DNA of 64,000 nt from Gemmatimonadota bacterium (GTDB taxonomy: Bacteria; JBHIER01; G020348925). Location of the stretch: contig CP070758.1 of the NCBI GenBank assembly GCA_020348925.1, positions 1,665,160 through 1,729,159 on the forward strand, in the 5' to 3' direction. Shown in pieces: positions 30,554-41,213 of this stretch. Each line of letters begins with the position of its first letter. The stretch's first letter is position 1. The notes beneath the pieces are model-generated. The model saw nothing but the letters and a program-made list of their open reading frames with translations, was not told the origin of the DNA and ran no database searches. The position numbers and the translations under genes are program-made.

Positions 30554-31687
30554 ATGACTGAAAAAATTCTTTTGAGCACCGTTATCGTCGTTGTCGTTTT
30601 CCTTATTCTGGTTCTGGTGTGGTTCTTATTTCGGAAGCAGAGGCCCGGGAAGAAGAAAACACCCTACATTGAAGCCCTGAACGCCATCATCTCAGGTGAT
30701 ATGAAGACCGCGCTCCAGAAGCTGCGGGAAACCGTTCACATCGATTCCCATAATGTCGATGCCTATTTGAAACTGGGAAATCTCTTGCGCCAGAGCGGTG
30801 ATATTGAAAGGGCTCTGAAAGTCCATAAAAGTCTGACCGTTCGGCCCCTTTCCTCAAGGCAGCGAACGGAAGTTCTGAAAGCATTGGCTTGTGACTATTT
30901 GGAAGCGCGAAAATTTGACAAAGCCCGCTCTTCCGTTCAGGAAATTCTATCGCAAGAGAGAAAAGAACTGTGGGCTCTCGAAACGCTCCTGTCGATTCAT
31001 GAGGAGACCTCTGAATGGGACGATGCCTGTGACACGTTAAAGCAGATTCAGAAGCTTCAAGGACAAAGAGATGACGTGTTGCTGGCCCTCTATAAAGTTT
31101 GTGCGGGAAAAACCTTGGATGAAAAAGGAGATCACCATCGAGCTCGGTTGAAGTATAAGGAAGCACTCCGAATCGATGCGCGGTGCACGCCTGCGTACCT
31201 CTCTCTGGGGGATTCGTATGTTTCCGAACAGAGGCTGACCGATGCTATCGGATATTGGAAAAAACTCATTGAGGTTACCCCGGAACACGCATTTCTAACC
31301 TTTGAACGTTTGGAAAAAGCCCATTTTGAACTCGGTGATTTCGGTTCCATGGTTCGCATCTATCAGGATCTCATCAATCGTAGGCCGAATGACCTCCGCG
31401 CGCTTTTTGCATTCGTGCGCATCAAGGAAAAGATGGGTGATGTTGATGAGGCTCTTGCCTTGTGTCATCAGGCCCTTGAAAAGGAGCCGCAGTGCTTGGA
31501 TGCTCAATGGTGCCTCGTAAAATGCTATCACGCTCGGGGTGACGATGCCCGCGCAATCGAGTACGCCCTGAACCTTGAAAAGGAATTCAAGAGGAAACAA
31601 CCATTCCGCTGCTCGCAATGTGGGTTTCAGTCACAGGAGCCCCTTTGGCGATGTCCTCAATGTAAACAATGGCGAACATTCGTGTAA
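30554..31687 (+). CDS. lapB: LapB/YciM-like TPR protein with C-terminal rubredoxin-type zinc ribbon
   Basis: N-terminal TM helix, TPR repeats, C-terminal CSQCGF...CPQC. SD GGGAG sits 6 nt before the ATG at 30554. Confidence 0.8.
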   Translation: MTEKILLSTVIVVVVFLILVLVWFLFRKQRPGKKKTPYIEALNAIISGDMKTALQKLRETVHIDSHNVDAYLKLGNLLRQSGDIERALKVHKSLTVRPLSSRQRTEVLKALACDYLEARKFDKARSSVQEILSQERKELWALETLLSIHEETSEWDDACDTLKQIQKLQGQRDDVLLALYKVCAGKTLDEKGDHHRARLKYKEALRIDARCTPAYLSLGDSYVSEQRLTDAIGYWKKLIEVTPEHAFLTFERLEKAHFELGDFGSMVRIYQDLINRRPNDLRALFAFVRIKEKMGDVDEALALCHQALEKEPQCLDAQWCLVKCYHARGDDARAIEYALNLEKEFKRKQPFRCSQCGFQSQEPLWRCPQCKQWRTFV

Positions 31688-31722
31688 ACAGATCATACGT
31701 CATTACTCAGAAGATCATCACT

Positions 31723-32763
31723 ATGTGGTGTCGGATTGTCTCGAAAAAACGTTTTCCCGATTTCGTATTCGTTGTTTTCATTACGATGCAGATGTTTCTT
31801 CCGTTTCATGCGTCTCTTGCTGAAAGTGAATTGGAGAAGGGAGTGGAATTGTATGAGAAAGCTCAGTACGAAGAGGCGAAAGTTCTCTTTGAAAACTACC
31901 TTGCCACGCATCCCAATCATCCGGAAGCTCTGTACTATATCGGTTTATTGGAGATGGATGGGACGAAATCTCAAAAACATTTTCGGACACTGTGGATCAA
32001 TCATCCGATGCATCCTTTTGCCGACGATGCTTTGTATGCTATCTGCCAGTATCATTACGCCAAGGGGTATTACATTACTGCCGGGAAAATGTTGAAAAAT
32101 CTTGTGAAGAATTATCCAGGAAGCAATGTGGCGGATGATGCCACTTACTGGGCAGGATCGTGTCAGCTGGCAGCCGAACATCCCGACTCGGCCCTTTCCA
32201 TATGGCAAAAGCTGTTAAAAGATTATCCGAAGTCCAATATGTATGATTGGGCTGTTCTTGGAATTGGGGATGCCTACCGTGCCCTCTCGAAATACAATGA
32301 AGCCTGTCAAGAATATCATAAGATTATTGACTCGCCTTTCAGCGAAGAACTCAAATGTTCAGTCCTGTATAAATTGGGGAATTGCTACGAGCAACTCGGG
32401 GAAAATGCAACTGCTCGCAAGTACTTCAATACACTTATCGAACAGTGCCCGGATAGTTATGAGCGGATACTTATCAGTGGACGTGAAAAGAAAAAGCCAG
32501 CCTCCGAGGTGGAGGGTGCAGAAACCTATACCGTCCAGGTGGGTGCATTCATTCATAAAGAGAACGCGCTCAAGCTTCATACTCTGCTCTCGGGAAAAGG
32601 ATATGAAACGAGCATTACTTCCAAGTATAAAGATGACGGTGAGTTACTCCATGTCGTTCACGTTGGTTCGTATTCCACGAGGGAACAAGCGCAAAACGTT
32701 GCAGAACGTCTCGAGAATGAGGAGGGATTTCAGCCGCACATCGTTCCGAAGAGCACGCAATGA
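31723..32763 (+). CDS. TPR-repeat protein with C-terminal SPOR (peptidoglycan-binding) domain
   Basis: Signal peptide, TPR motifs (AKVLFENYLATHPNHPEALYYIG) and a C-terminal YTVQVGAF...EQAQNV SPOR-like domain. Confidence 0.65.
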   Translation: MWCRIVSKKRFPDFVFVVFITMQMFLPFHASLAESELEKGVELYEKAQYEEAKVLFENYLATHPNHPEALYYIGLLEMDGTKSQKHFRTLWINHPMHPFADDALYAICQYHYAKGYYITAGKMLKNLVKNYPGSNVADDATYWAGSCQLAAEHPDSALSIWQKLLKDYPKSNMYDWAVLGIGDAYRALSKYNEACQEYHKIIDSPFSEELKCSVLYKLGNCYEQLGENATARKYFNTLIEQCPDSYERILISGREKKKPASEVEGAETYTVQVGAFIHKENALKLHTLLSGKGYETSITSKYKDDGELLHVVHVGSYSTREQAQNVAERLENEEGFQPHIVPKSTQ

Positions 32764-35387
32764 GTCGGGATACCATGTCGAAAACAACGCCCATGATGGA
32801 GCAATACCTGAGTATTAAGCGTCAGCATCAAGATGCCATTCTCTTCTTTCGCATGGGCGATTTTTATGAGACCTTCTATGAAGATGCCCACACTGCCTCA
32901 AAAGTCCTGGGAGTCGCTCTCACTTCCAGAAGTCAGGGCACGCAAGGTCGGATTCCACTGGCGGGCATCCCCCATCACGCTCTCGACACATATCTTTCAA
33001 AGCTGTTGAAAGCAGGTCATAAAGTCGCCATCTGTGAGCAAGTCGAGGATCCAAAGAAAGCCAAGGGGATTGTGAAACGGGAGGTGGTTGAAGTCGTGAC
33101 TCCGGGGACGGCTCTGTCCGATGGCGTCCTCAAGGAGAACACGAATAACTATCTTGTTGGAATCTGTTCTGATGCGAAAAGATACGGATTCGCGACCGTT
33201 GATATTTCGACTGGTGAGTTCACTGTCACCGAATTGAAGGCGGAGGATCTGCACGACGAATTACAGCGGGTGGGTCCGACGGAGATCGTTGTTCCTGAAA
33301 CGTGGTTTCGCCACAACGGCCACATCATTACAGAACGCTTTCCGCAGCTGACGGTCAGCCCTCGAGATGATTGGACGTTCACCTATGATTATGCTCGAGA
33401 GAGACTTCTCGCGCATTTTCAGGTACACTCGTTGCGAGGATTCGGATGTGAAGAACTCTCGGTAGGCTTGAGCGCCGCAGGTGCAATCTTGGTTTATCTT
33501 CAAGAGACCCAGAAGGGATCGCTTTCACATATACGGAGTCTTGCTCCGTATGCCCATTCGGAATATATGGTTCTCGATGCAGCAACACAACGGAACCTGG
33601 AGTTGCTCACGTCGCTGACAGGAGAGCGTCACGGCACTCTTTTGGGTATTTTTGATCGGACCAAAACCCCGATGGGAGCCCGGCTTGTGAGACGTTGGCT
33701 TCAAAAACCATTGCGCAGTGTGGACGGCATCCGCTCCAGACTTGATGCGGTGGAATACCTTGTGGACACCGGTGATGTTCGAAAGCACCTCATCCGCCTC
33801 ATGGGATTGTGCGGTGACTTGGAACGTTTGATCGCCAAGGTATGCACGGGTCGGGCCAACGCGCGAGACATCGTGAACCTCAAAGATTCTCTGAAGATTG
33901 TGCCGGAACTGCGCCTCGTCGCATCGCAAGCCCGCGGACCTCTCTTTGAACAGGTGCGCGACCACCTGAAAGAGGTCGGTGACATTGTCGATGTGATTGA
34001 GAAGACCCTGGTGGACGACCCGCCGCTGTCCTTAACGGACGGAGGTATCATACGTCAGGGGCATCATTCGGAATTGGATGAATTGAGAGCAATTCGTTTT
34101 CATGCCAAAGACTGGATCGCGCAACTTCAAGGGAAAGAGAGGGAACGAACGAAAATTGCATCCCTGAAAGTTCTCTATAACAGGGTCTTCGGTTACTATA
34201 TCGAGGTCACAAAACCGAATCTTTCTAAAGTGCCTGAGGATTATGTTCGAAAACAGACTCTGGTAAATGCCGAGCGTTTCATCACTCCTGAGTTGAAAGA
34301 GTACGAAACGAAGGTCCTGGGTGCGGAGGAGCGGATCAACGATCTCGAATACGAACTCTTTGTGAGCGTGCGTGAACAGGTTGCCAACCAATCCGAGAGA
34401 ATTCAGGACGTGGCCAAGGCGATCGCTCTTTCGGATGTCCTCGGTACCGTGGCCGAAGTGGCTGTCGCACATGGCTACTGTAAACCTGAGATCCATGACG
34501 GACCGGAAATAGACATCCGGGATGGTCGGCATCCGGTGGTGGAACGGCTTCTCGTGGGGGAGACGTTTGTACCGAACGATACGCATATCAGTACTGAACA
34601 TGAACAGATTTTAGTGATCACCGGCCCAAATATGGCGGGGAAATCCACCTACTTGCGACAAGTGGCCCTGATTGTCCTCATGGCTCAAGTGGGCTCATAT
34701 GTTCCCGCCAAGGAGGCTTCCATTGGTGTTGTCGATCGTATTTTTACGCGAGTCGGAGCTACGGATAGACTGGTTCAGGGTGAATCGACCTTCTTGGTTG
34801 AAATGAATGAAGCGGCCAATATCCTGCACAATGCTACTCCTCAAAGCCTTATTATTCTTGACGAAATCGGACGAGGAACATCAACCTTCGATGGGTTGAG
34901 TATCGCTTGGGCCGTCACCGAATATCTTCATAAGAATCCACGCGTTGCGGCGAAAACTCTTTTCGCGACCCATTACCATGAGCTGACCGAGCTGGAACGC
35001 ATTCTGCCGAGAGTGAAGAACTATAATATTGCCGTGAAAGAGTGGGGAGATGGTGTGGTCTTTTTGCGCAAGATCGTTGAGGGCGGGTGCGACCGCAGTT
35101 ACGGCATTCAGGTCGCACGCTTGGCAGGTTTCCCACCGGAAGTCATTGAACGGGCAAAGGAAGTCTTGTCAAATCTGGAAGAGAATGAACTCACTCCGAA
35201 TCGAATTCCGAAGATTGCCAAAGGTGCTCATGCCCCGGATATTGTGGGCTCCGAGCAGTTCGATCTGTTCGCTTCGTATGACTCTCCTCTTTTAAAGGAG
35301 TTGGAGGATTTGGATATTTCCAAGATCACCCCCTTGGAAGCTTTGACCAAGCTTCACGAATTGAAAGAAAAATTGAAGAGACAGTAA
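32760..35387 (+). CDS. mutS: DNA mismatch repair protein MutS
   Basis: TPMMEQY N-terminus, Walker A GPNMAGKST and the STF..E motif. ATGA overlap with the upstream stop. Confidence 0.95.
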   Translation: MSRDTMSKTTPMMEQYLSIKRQHQDAILFFRMGDFYETFYEDAHTASKVLGVALTSRSQGTQGRIPLAGIPHHALDTYLSKLLKAGHKVAICEQVEDPKKAKGIVKREVVEVVTPGTALSDGVLKENTNNYLVGICSDAKRYGFATVDISTGEFTVTELKAEDLHDELQRVGPTEIVVPETWFRHNGHIITERFPQLTVSPRDDWTFTYDYARERLLAHFQVHSLRGFGCEELSVGLSAAGAILVYLQETQKGSLSHIRSLAPYAHSEYMVLDAATQRNLELLTSLTGERHGTLLGIFDRTKTPMGARLVRRWLQKPLRSVDGIRSRLDAVEYLVDTGDVRKHLIRLMGLCGDLERLIAKVCTGRANARDIVNLKDSLKIVPELRLVASQARGPLFEQVRDHLKEVGDIVDVIEKTLVDDPPLSLTDGGIIRQGHHSELDELRAIRFHAKDWIAQLQGKERERTKIASLKVLYNRVFGYYIEVTKPNLSKVPEDYVRKQTLVNAERFITPELKEYETKVLGAEERINDLEYELFVSVREQVANQSERIQDVAKAIALSDVLGTVAEVAVAHGYCKPEIHDGPEIDIRDGRHPVVERLLVGETFVPNDTHISTEHEQILVITGPNMAGKSTYLRQVALIVLMAQVGSYVPAKEASIGVVDRIFTRVGATDRLVQGESTFLVEMNEAANILHNATPQSLIILDEIGRGTSTFDGLSIAWAVTEYLHKNPRVAAKTLFATHYHELTELERILPRVKNYNIAVKEWGDGVVFLRKIVEGGCDRSYGIQVARLAGFPPEVIERAKEVLSNLEENELTPNRIPKIAKGAHAPDIVGSEQFDLFASYDSPLLKELEDLDISKITPLEALTKLHELKEKLKRQ

Positions 35388-35473
35388 TTGGACTGCACTC
35401 AATTTATTGTATACGAATCCCCGTGCCTATCGATGGCAGCCATGCCGTCACCCTTTCACTCCCACCCCCAAAC

Positions 35474-36229
35474 TTAGAACGTCTCCATTGCATCCTTTAA
35501 TTTTTGACGGGTTTCATCCGAAAACCAGCAGTCGACGAACAGTTGTTCTTTCTCCTTGAGGTGTTTTTGAATTTGCGTTTCCACCGGTTCCACGCGATTG
35601 CTCTTAATGATCTGGAACGCCCTGTGAGGTAATTCCCCTATCGTCTTTGCTTTTTCAATCGATTTCGGTATGACGTCCGCAACCGGCACCACACGGTCTA
35701 CCATACCCATTCGGACGGAATCTTCGGCTCTGTAAAACTCACCGAACTCCGAGATTTCACGAGCGTATCGGGCTCCGACCAGATCCCGGAGAATGCGATC
35801 GCCGGGGTAGGGGACGGGCACGCCAAGTTTCGCCTCGTTCAAACCCATCAATTTTCTACCTCGGGCGATGATCCGGTAGTCGCAGCAGAGAGCCAAGAGA
35901 CATCCTCCGGCAATGGCATGACCTGTTACTGCTGCCACTGTCGGCTTGGGAAATGTATAGAGCTCAATACACGTGTGATTAAAGGCTTGGTAAAATTCTT
36001 GAAATTCTTTTGGGGTGAGTTCGAACAGTCTGGGAATATTGAAGCCGATCGAGAAGAACTTATTATTTGAACTGCAGAGGACAACACTTCTTACCTTCGA
36101 ATCATCTTTTTTTCCCCTGAGTGTCTCCGTGAGTTGTTGGATGAGTTGAAGGTCGATTGGATTTGTAACGTCTCTATTCAATTGCACAAGAGCGACGGAC
36201 GCTCTGTCCTCTGTTCGTATGAATTCCAT
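35474..36229 (-). CDS. enoyl-CoA hydratase/isomerase (crotonase) family protein
   Basis: Crotonase fold motifs (VTGHAIAGGCLLALCCD oxyanion region), 251 aa. Confidence 0.8.
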   Translation of the reverse strand: MEFIRTEDRASVALVQLNRDVTNPIDLQLIQQLTETLRGKKDDSKVRSVVLCSSNNKFFSIGFNIPRLFELTPKEFQEFYQAFNHTCIELYTFPKPTVAAVTGHAIAGGCLLALCCDYRIIARGRKLMGLNEAKLGVPVPYPGDRILRDLVGARYAREISEFGEFYRAEDSVRMGMVDRVVPVADVIPKSIEKAKTIGELPHRAFQIIKSNRVEPVETQIQKHLKEKEQLFVDCWFSDETRQKLKDAMETF

Positions 36230-36274
36230 TGAATTACTCCTTCTTGCAGTGACGCTCTCTTGGCGAGAAAGATA

Positions 36275-37447
36275 TTATTTGAATCTGCTTTGGATCTTTT
36301 GGATTAAGGATTGGTCGTCCGCTCGTTGTGCCAGAATGAGAGCCTTCAGGCTCCATTTCCGTGCTGATGCAATGTTCCCTTGAGAATTCAAGTAATCCGC
36401 CAATTTCACAAAAGGTTCAACGTAATGGAGGTTCAGTTGTTTCACTAATGGCTCCGAAACGTGGACGTCGCTGTACCAATCATGATCCAAATAGTCCAAT
36501 CTCAGTTTGTTTTCCACAATATCCTGATGGAGTGCGTCCTTATCTGATGGATCGACACGAAAAGTATACACAAGACCTGTGAGGCTGAGATCGTCTCGAA
36601 AATTGGCATAATACCCTTGGTGGAGGGTGCGTGCAAGATGAATGGGTATGTGGGGATATTTTTGGTGTATCCCACGAATGAACCTTTCCAAAAATGAAGG
36701 TATCTGAACATCGGAGAGGTCGCTCACATGAAACTCGATCCCTTTTTCTCTTAACTTGGATTGAAGATATGATCTGTTGCCAAATATTGCGTGGATGTTG
36801 AGGATCAAAATATCTTCTCGAACTTCTTTCACCACCTGGAGAATCCAGGCGGGATATGTGTCGTTATCACCGTTTACAATGAGTATCGCGTTTTCTTGGG
36901 CGGAGATCAACATATTATAATTGAAATTCAGGATACCGGGAGAAATCGCTTTGCTCCGATATAATTTTGTGCAGAACTCTTTCTTTTTTTCTTTATTCCC
37001 GGTCATTTCATATTCTTTCATGAATTCCCAATAGAGATCGGGTTCACCGGGATGTATGCCATAGGCTTTTTCCAATCGGGAGAAGTCAGTCCCGTAGTTA
37101 TAATAATGTATGTAATGATAGACCCAGGAATCCGGTATCGCTTTTCCCATCTCACTGTAGATAGAATCCAAGAGTGCTTCTCTTGTCTCTGTCTGTCCCT
37201 CAACATTCGCCCAGCCGTAGCGAGCGGCAAAGAAATAATTGTACCACGCATCTTCATTTTGTGGATTAATGCCTATCTCGTTCTTCCACAGGATTTCTTG
37301 TTTCTTGTACCACTCTTTCGATTGTACTGAATAACAATATCTGTATATTCTTTGAGGACTCTCATGGGGCGACTGGCCGCAAGCAAAAGATGAAGTTGTG
37401 AAAATTATGAGGAGAAGGTTCAGACAGAGATGCCGATTCGGTGCCAT
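36275..37447 (-). CDS. hypothetical lipoprotein
   Basis: Lipobox-like TTSSFAC after a hydrophobic signal, taking the internal Met (MAPNRHL) as start. Tyr/Trp-rich. No family recognised. Confidence 0.5.
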   Translation of the reverse strand: MAPNRHLCLNLLLIIFTTSSFACGQSPHESPQRIYRYCYSVQSKEWYKKQEILWKNEIGINPQNEDAWYNYFFAARYGWANVEGQTETREALLDSIYSEMGKAIPDSWVYHYIHYYNYGTDFSRLEKAYGIHPGEPDLYWEFMKEYEMTGNKEKKKEFCTKLYRSKAISPGILNFNYNMLISAQENAILIVNGDNDTYPAWILQVVKEVREDILILNIHAIFGNRSYLQSKLREKGIEFHVSDLSDVQIPSFLERFIRGIHQKYPHIPIHLARTLHQGYYANFRDDLSLTGLVYTFRVDPSDKDALHQDIVENKLRLDYLDHDWYSDVHVSEPLVKQLNLHYVEPFVKLADYLNSQGNIASARKWSLKALILAQRADDQSLIQKIQSRFK

Positions 37448-37902
37448 GCCATACTCCTTAGGTTGTACTCGACTGGGATCGCCCCTACGCCTGTTTCTGT
37501 TGCTTCCCTGTGTCGTATCGTCCGAATTCGTATCAGTTCTCTTCTGCTTCATTCGGAGGGTGTCGTGCCGGCCGAAGTGATGTGCTTGTCCTGATGTATC
37601 GGGGAATCTTCTTGTTGAAGCTATCATTGTTTGCCTAACTTGCAGACAAATTTTATGAATATCTCAGACATTCTCCTCAAAATAGGACACATCTTGGTTC
37701 GTGTGAGTTTCATCATCTCGACGTGAATTCATTGTGATTTCTCATTCAGATCAAATCACTTCTTCTGTGGTTCAGACCGGTATCCCGATTGTGCAAGCTG
37801 AGTATCGTCAGCCATTTTTCCCTTGACTTTGACAAAATTCTGTTAGAGATTTGACCTCATAATTTTAATTTGTTGTGTTTTCTCTAACGACGGGATCAGC
37901 AT

Positions 37903-38796
37903 GTGAACGTGTTAACACTCAAGAATGTCTCCAAGACATTCGGAGACTTTTACGCAGTCAACGATCTGAGTTTTTCTATTGCATCGGGAACGATGTACGG
38001 GCTTCTTGGTCCGAACGGTGCAGGGAAGACAACGACAATTCGTATGATAATGGACATCATCGTACCGGATCAAGGGGAGATCGAAATTCTGGGCAGACGG
38101 AATTCTTCTTTCGTTCGAGACCGTATTGGGTATCTGCCGGAGGAGCGTGGTTTGTATCGGAAGATGAGGGTCGGTGAACTGCTTCTCTTTTTCAGTCAAA
38201 CGAAAGGCATGAAAAAAGCCGATGCGAGAGAAAAAATCGATTTCTGGCTCGAGCATCTGGACTTGTCAGAGTGGAAAGATAAAAAGGTGGAAGAGCTTTC
38301 ACGAGGCATGCAGCAGAAGCTTCAGTTCATCACGACGGTTTTTCATGAACCGGAACTCATTATCCTCGACGAGCCGTTTACTGGTCTCGATCCTGTGAAC
38401 GTCAATCTCCTGAAGGAAATCATGCTGGAACTGCAGAAGAATGGGGTCACCGTCATTCTTTCAACCCATCTGATGGATCAAGTGGAGAAACTCTGCAACT
38501 CTATCTGTCTCCTTCACCAAGGCAAGAAAGTGCTCGAGGGACCACTCGCTCACATCAAAAAACAGGTTGGCCGAAACAGCATTGCTCTTGCCTACGAGGG
38601 GACGGCCCGTTTTCTTCGCGATGCGAGACTCATTAACCGCTTTGATAACTACGGCAATTATGTTGAAGTGCACCCTGCCGAGGGAGTCGATCCTCAAGAG
38701 ATACTGCATAGGGCTGTCCAGGAGGTGACAGTCTCGCGCTTTGAGATTGTCGAACCTTCGTTGAACGAGATTTTTATTCAAACCGTCCAGAGGTAA
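37903..38796 (+). CDS. ABC transporter ATP-binding protein (ABC-2 type)
   Basis: Walker A GPNGAGKTT, ABC signature LSRGMQQK and Walker B ILDEP. GTG start. Confidence 0.9.
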   Translation: MNVLTLKNVSKTFGDFYAVNDLSFSIASGTMYGLLGPNGAGKTTTIRMIMDIIVPDQGEIEILGRRNSSFVRDRIGYLPEERGLYRKMRVGELLLFFSQTKGMKKADAREKIDFWLEHLDLSEWKDKKVEELSRGMQQKLQFITTVFHEPELIILDEPFTGLDPVNVNLLKEIMLELQKNGVTVILSTHLMDQVEKLCNSICLLHQGKKVLEGPLAHIKKQVGRNSIALAYEGTARFLRDARLINRFDNYGNYVEVHPAEGVDPQEILHRAVQEVTVSRFEIVEPSLNEIFIQTVQR

Positions 38797-38805
38797 TGGA
38801 GCGCA

Positions 38806-40089
38806 TTGATGAGAAAACTGTTCGCTATCATTCAAAGGGAATACCTCACCCGAGTCAAGACGAAAGGATTTGTCATCGGTACGCTATTAATGCCAGTTTT
38901 TATCGTTTTTATTACCATCGCTCCTGCCGCTTTTATGGCTATGAAATCTGAAGAACCGAGGCACATTGCCTTGGTGGATCTGACGAAACAGGTCTATGAT
39001 CCGCTCTCGGAAACATTGGACGAACGGACGAAAACTGGGGAACGGATTTATCAACTTCATCTCGTTGCGGCCAGATCTGATCGCTTCGAGGAGGTTAAAA
39101 ATAATTTGAAAGCGGATATCAATCAAAAAAAGATTGATGCGTATCTCATCATTCATCAAGATGTCTTTGAAACGAACAACGTTGAATATCACTCCACAAA
39201 CGTCTCCAATTTCAGAGAAAACAGTGAGATCGAAAGGGCCATCTCACGGGTCGTCACGAAACTTCGTCTGGAGCGGAGCGGTTTCGTACCGGATGAGGTC
39301 AACCACCTGGTGCAAAGCGTGAAATTGAATACGTTCAAAATCGGCCCGGGGGGCAAGGAACAGAAAGATGTGGGATTAAGCTTTGCGATCACCTATATCA
39401 TGGTCTTTGTTCTCTATCTGGCTCTCATTCTGTATGGGGCGATGACGATGCGGAGCATCGTCGAGGACAAGAACAACCGCGTTATCGAGGTCATTATCTC
39501 AGCCGTAAAGCCCTTTCACCTTATGGCGGGAAAGATTCTCGGCATTGGAGCGGTAGGGCTCACTCAATTTTTCATCTGGGCCGCTGTGGCCGGATTCTTA
39601 TCTCTCTATAGCTCCAACCTCGTCGCCTCGTTTCTGCCGTCAGCCGGAGATGTCCCGTTGCCTTCCGTGTCCCTGTCACAATTGATCTTTTTTGTTCTCT
39701 TTTTCATCCTGGGCTTCTTCTTCTATTCCACACTCTACGCCGGTATCGGGGCACTGGTCAATTCTGACCAGGAAGCACAGCAGTTGCAATGGCCTGTGAT
39801 TTCATTTCTCATTGTGGCTTTTCTGCTTGTTTTTTATACGATGAGTAATCCTGACAGTAACCTCTCAATTCTTTTTTCAGTATTGCCGATGTTTTCACCT
39901 ATTCTGATGTTCATGCGCATCTCTGTTCATACGCCTCCCACCGCTCAAGTGGCTGCTGCGGTCATCATTCTCATTCTTTCCGTGTGGGCGATGATCTGGT
40001 TTGTGGCTCGAATTTTTCGGATCGGTATTCTCATGTACGGGAAACGACCGAACCTGCCAGAAGTGGTGAAATGGGTCAAGCACGGTTAG
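38806..40089 (+). CDS. ABC-2 family transporter permease
   Basis: N-terminal TM helix, large periplasmic loop, then five C-terminal TM helices. 9 nt after the ATPase gene. Confidence 0.75.
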   Translation: MMRKLFAIIQREYLTRVKTKGFVIGTLLMPVFIVFITIAPAAFMAMKSEEPRHIALVDLTKQVYDPLSETLDERTKTGERIYQLHLVAARSDRFEEVKNNLKADINQKKIDAYLIIHQDVFETNNVEYHSTNVSNFRENSEIERAISRVVTKLRLERSGFVPDEVNHLVQSVKLNTFKIGPGGKEQKDVGLSFAITYIMVFVLYLALILYGAMTMRSIVEDKNNRVIEVIISAVKPFHLMAGKILGIGAVGLTQFFIWAAVAGFLSLYSSNLVASFLPSAGDVPLPSVSLSQLIFFVLFFILGFFFYSTLYAGIGALVNSDQEAQQLQWPVISFLIVAFLLVFYTMSNPDSNLSILFSVLPMFSPILMFMRISVHTPPTAQVAAAVIILILSVWAMIWFVARIFRIGILMYGKRPNLPEVVKWVKHG

Positions 40090-40148
40090 TCATGAAGGAA
40101 GGGTGACATACTTTTGTTGAACATTGAAGCTATAGAAGGAAGTGACTG

Positions 40149-41009
40149 ATGATGCACACAAAAAAAGTACGGATATGGGTATTACTTCTTGCAGTATTCG
40201 TGGTTCAGTGTGAGAGAAAAATCCCCTCAAACGAGATTGCCTTTGTCTCTGATCGGGCGGGGAACCAGGACATTTACCTATTGGATGTGGACACAGACTC
40301 TGCCCTGGCACTGACTCAGCATGAGGCGGAGGACTGGGCACCGAACTGGTCACCGGACGGGAGGAAACTGGCCTTCGCTTCGACACGTGCTGGGGGGTGG
40401 AACATTTTTATCATGGACATGGAGAATCGGAGAATAGTACAGCTTACTGATACCGGCAAAGATCGGCGGCCATCGTGGTCGCCGACAGGTTCGCGAATAG
40501 CCTTCACCTCTGAACGGGATGAGAATTCTGAAATCTATATTATGAAGTCCGACGGATCCGAGCAGATGAATGTGACCCATCATCGGGCTCGTGATGATCG
40601 CCCCCTCTGGTCGCCGGACGAACATCGCATTGCCTTCAGTTCCGATCGGGATGGCAGTTGGGACATATATATTTTGAACATTGAGACAGGTACGACAGAC
40701 AAGATTACGGAGGATGTGTTGTCCGAATATCCGGGCGCGTGGTCCGAAGATGGTGCAAGGCTTCTTTTTGTGTCCGGTGACGACATTGTTCAATATTCAT
40801 TCGAGGGGGAACGAACAACAGTCCTGACACAGGATGATTCACGAGAAGGAACGCTCAGTTATTCTCCCGATGGAGCGCAGATCGTTTTTGATTCGGACCG
40901 TTCCGGGGATTATGATATCTGGATCATGAACGCTGATGGAACCGATCCGAAAAACGTGACTCAGCATCCAGCTTTTGATTGGTTTCCGCAATGGAGACCT
41001 TGTCCCTAG
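40149..41009 (+). CDS. TolB-like beta-propeller lipoprotein (PD40/WD40-like repeats)
   Basis: Lipobox VVQC. Repeated WSPDG..IAF.SDRDG..DIY PD40 motifs. Confidence 0.75.
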   Translation: MMHTKKVRIWVLLLAVFVVQCERKIPSNEIAFVSDRAGNQDIYLLDVDTDSALALTQHEAEDWAPNWSPDGRKLAFASTRAGGWNIFIMDMENRRIVQLTDTGKDRRPSWSPTGSRIAFTSERDENSEIYIMKSDGSEQMNVTHHRARDDRPLWSPDEHRIAFSSDRDGSWDIYILNIETGTTDKITEDVLSEYPGAWSEDGARLLFVSGDDIVQYSFEGERTTVLTQDDSREGTLSYSPDGAQIVFDSDRSGDYDIWIMNADGTDPKNVTQHPAFDWFPQWRPCP

Positions 41010-41105
41010 TCCGCCCACATGGGCTCACACGGCACCCTGGGACGTCGTTGCGAAATTTTAAGCTTAAAAAAGGAGCGTTTCCTCTTTTTCGTAAAAAGTT
41101 TCCTC

Positions 41106-41134
41106 TTGACAATCTCTCTTGAAAACAATATTTT
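41106..41134 (+). promoter_or_regulatory. sigma70-like promoter upstream of grpE
   Basis: TTGACA, 17-nt spacer, TATTTT. Confidence 0.45.
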
Positions 41135-41145
41135 ATTGGTGATTT

Positions 41146-41175
41146 AGGCACCTCATCGGGTGCCTATTTTTTAAG
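41146..41175 (+). promoter_or_regulatory. hairpin plus T-tract between promoter and grpE (terminator or attenuator-like)
   Basis: AGGCACC-TCATCG-GGTGCCT stem followed by ATTTTTT. Lies downstream of the predicted -10 and about 40 nt upstream of the grpE ATG. Confidence 0.4.
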
Positions 41176-41213
41176 AACGACGCCGATGAAAGACAGGTTG
41201 AAGGAGTGTATGT

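Noticed and set aside
41146-41175. Hairpin plus T-tract read as the tolB-like gene's terminator
   Set aside because: It lies about 137 nt past that gene's stop and downstream of a good promoter -10. It cannot be excluded, so it is reported as ambiguous rather than called a terminator.
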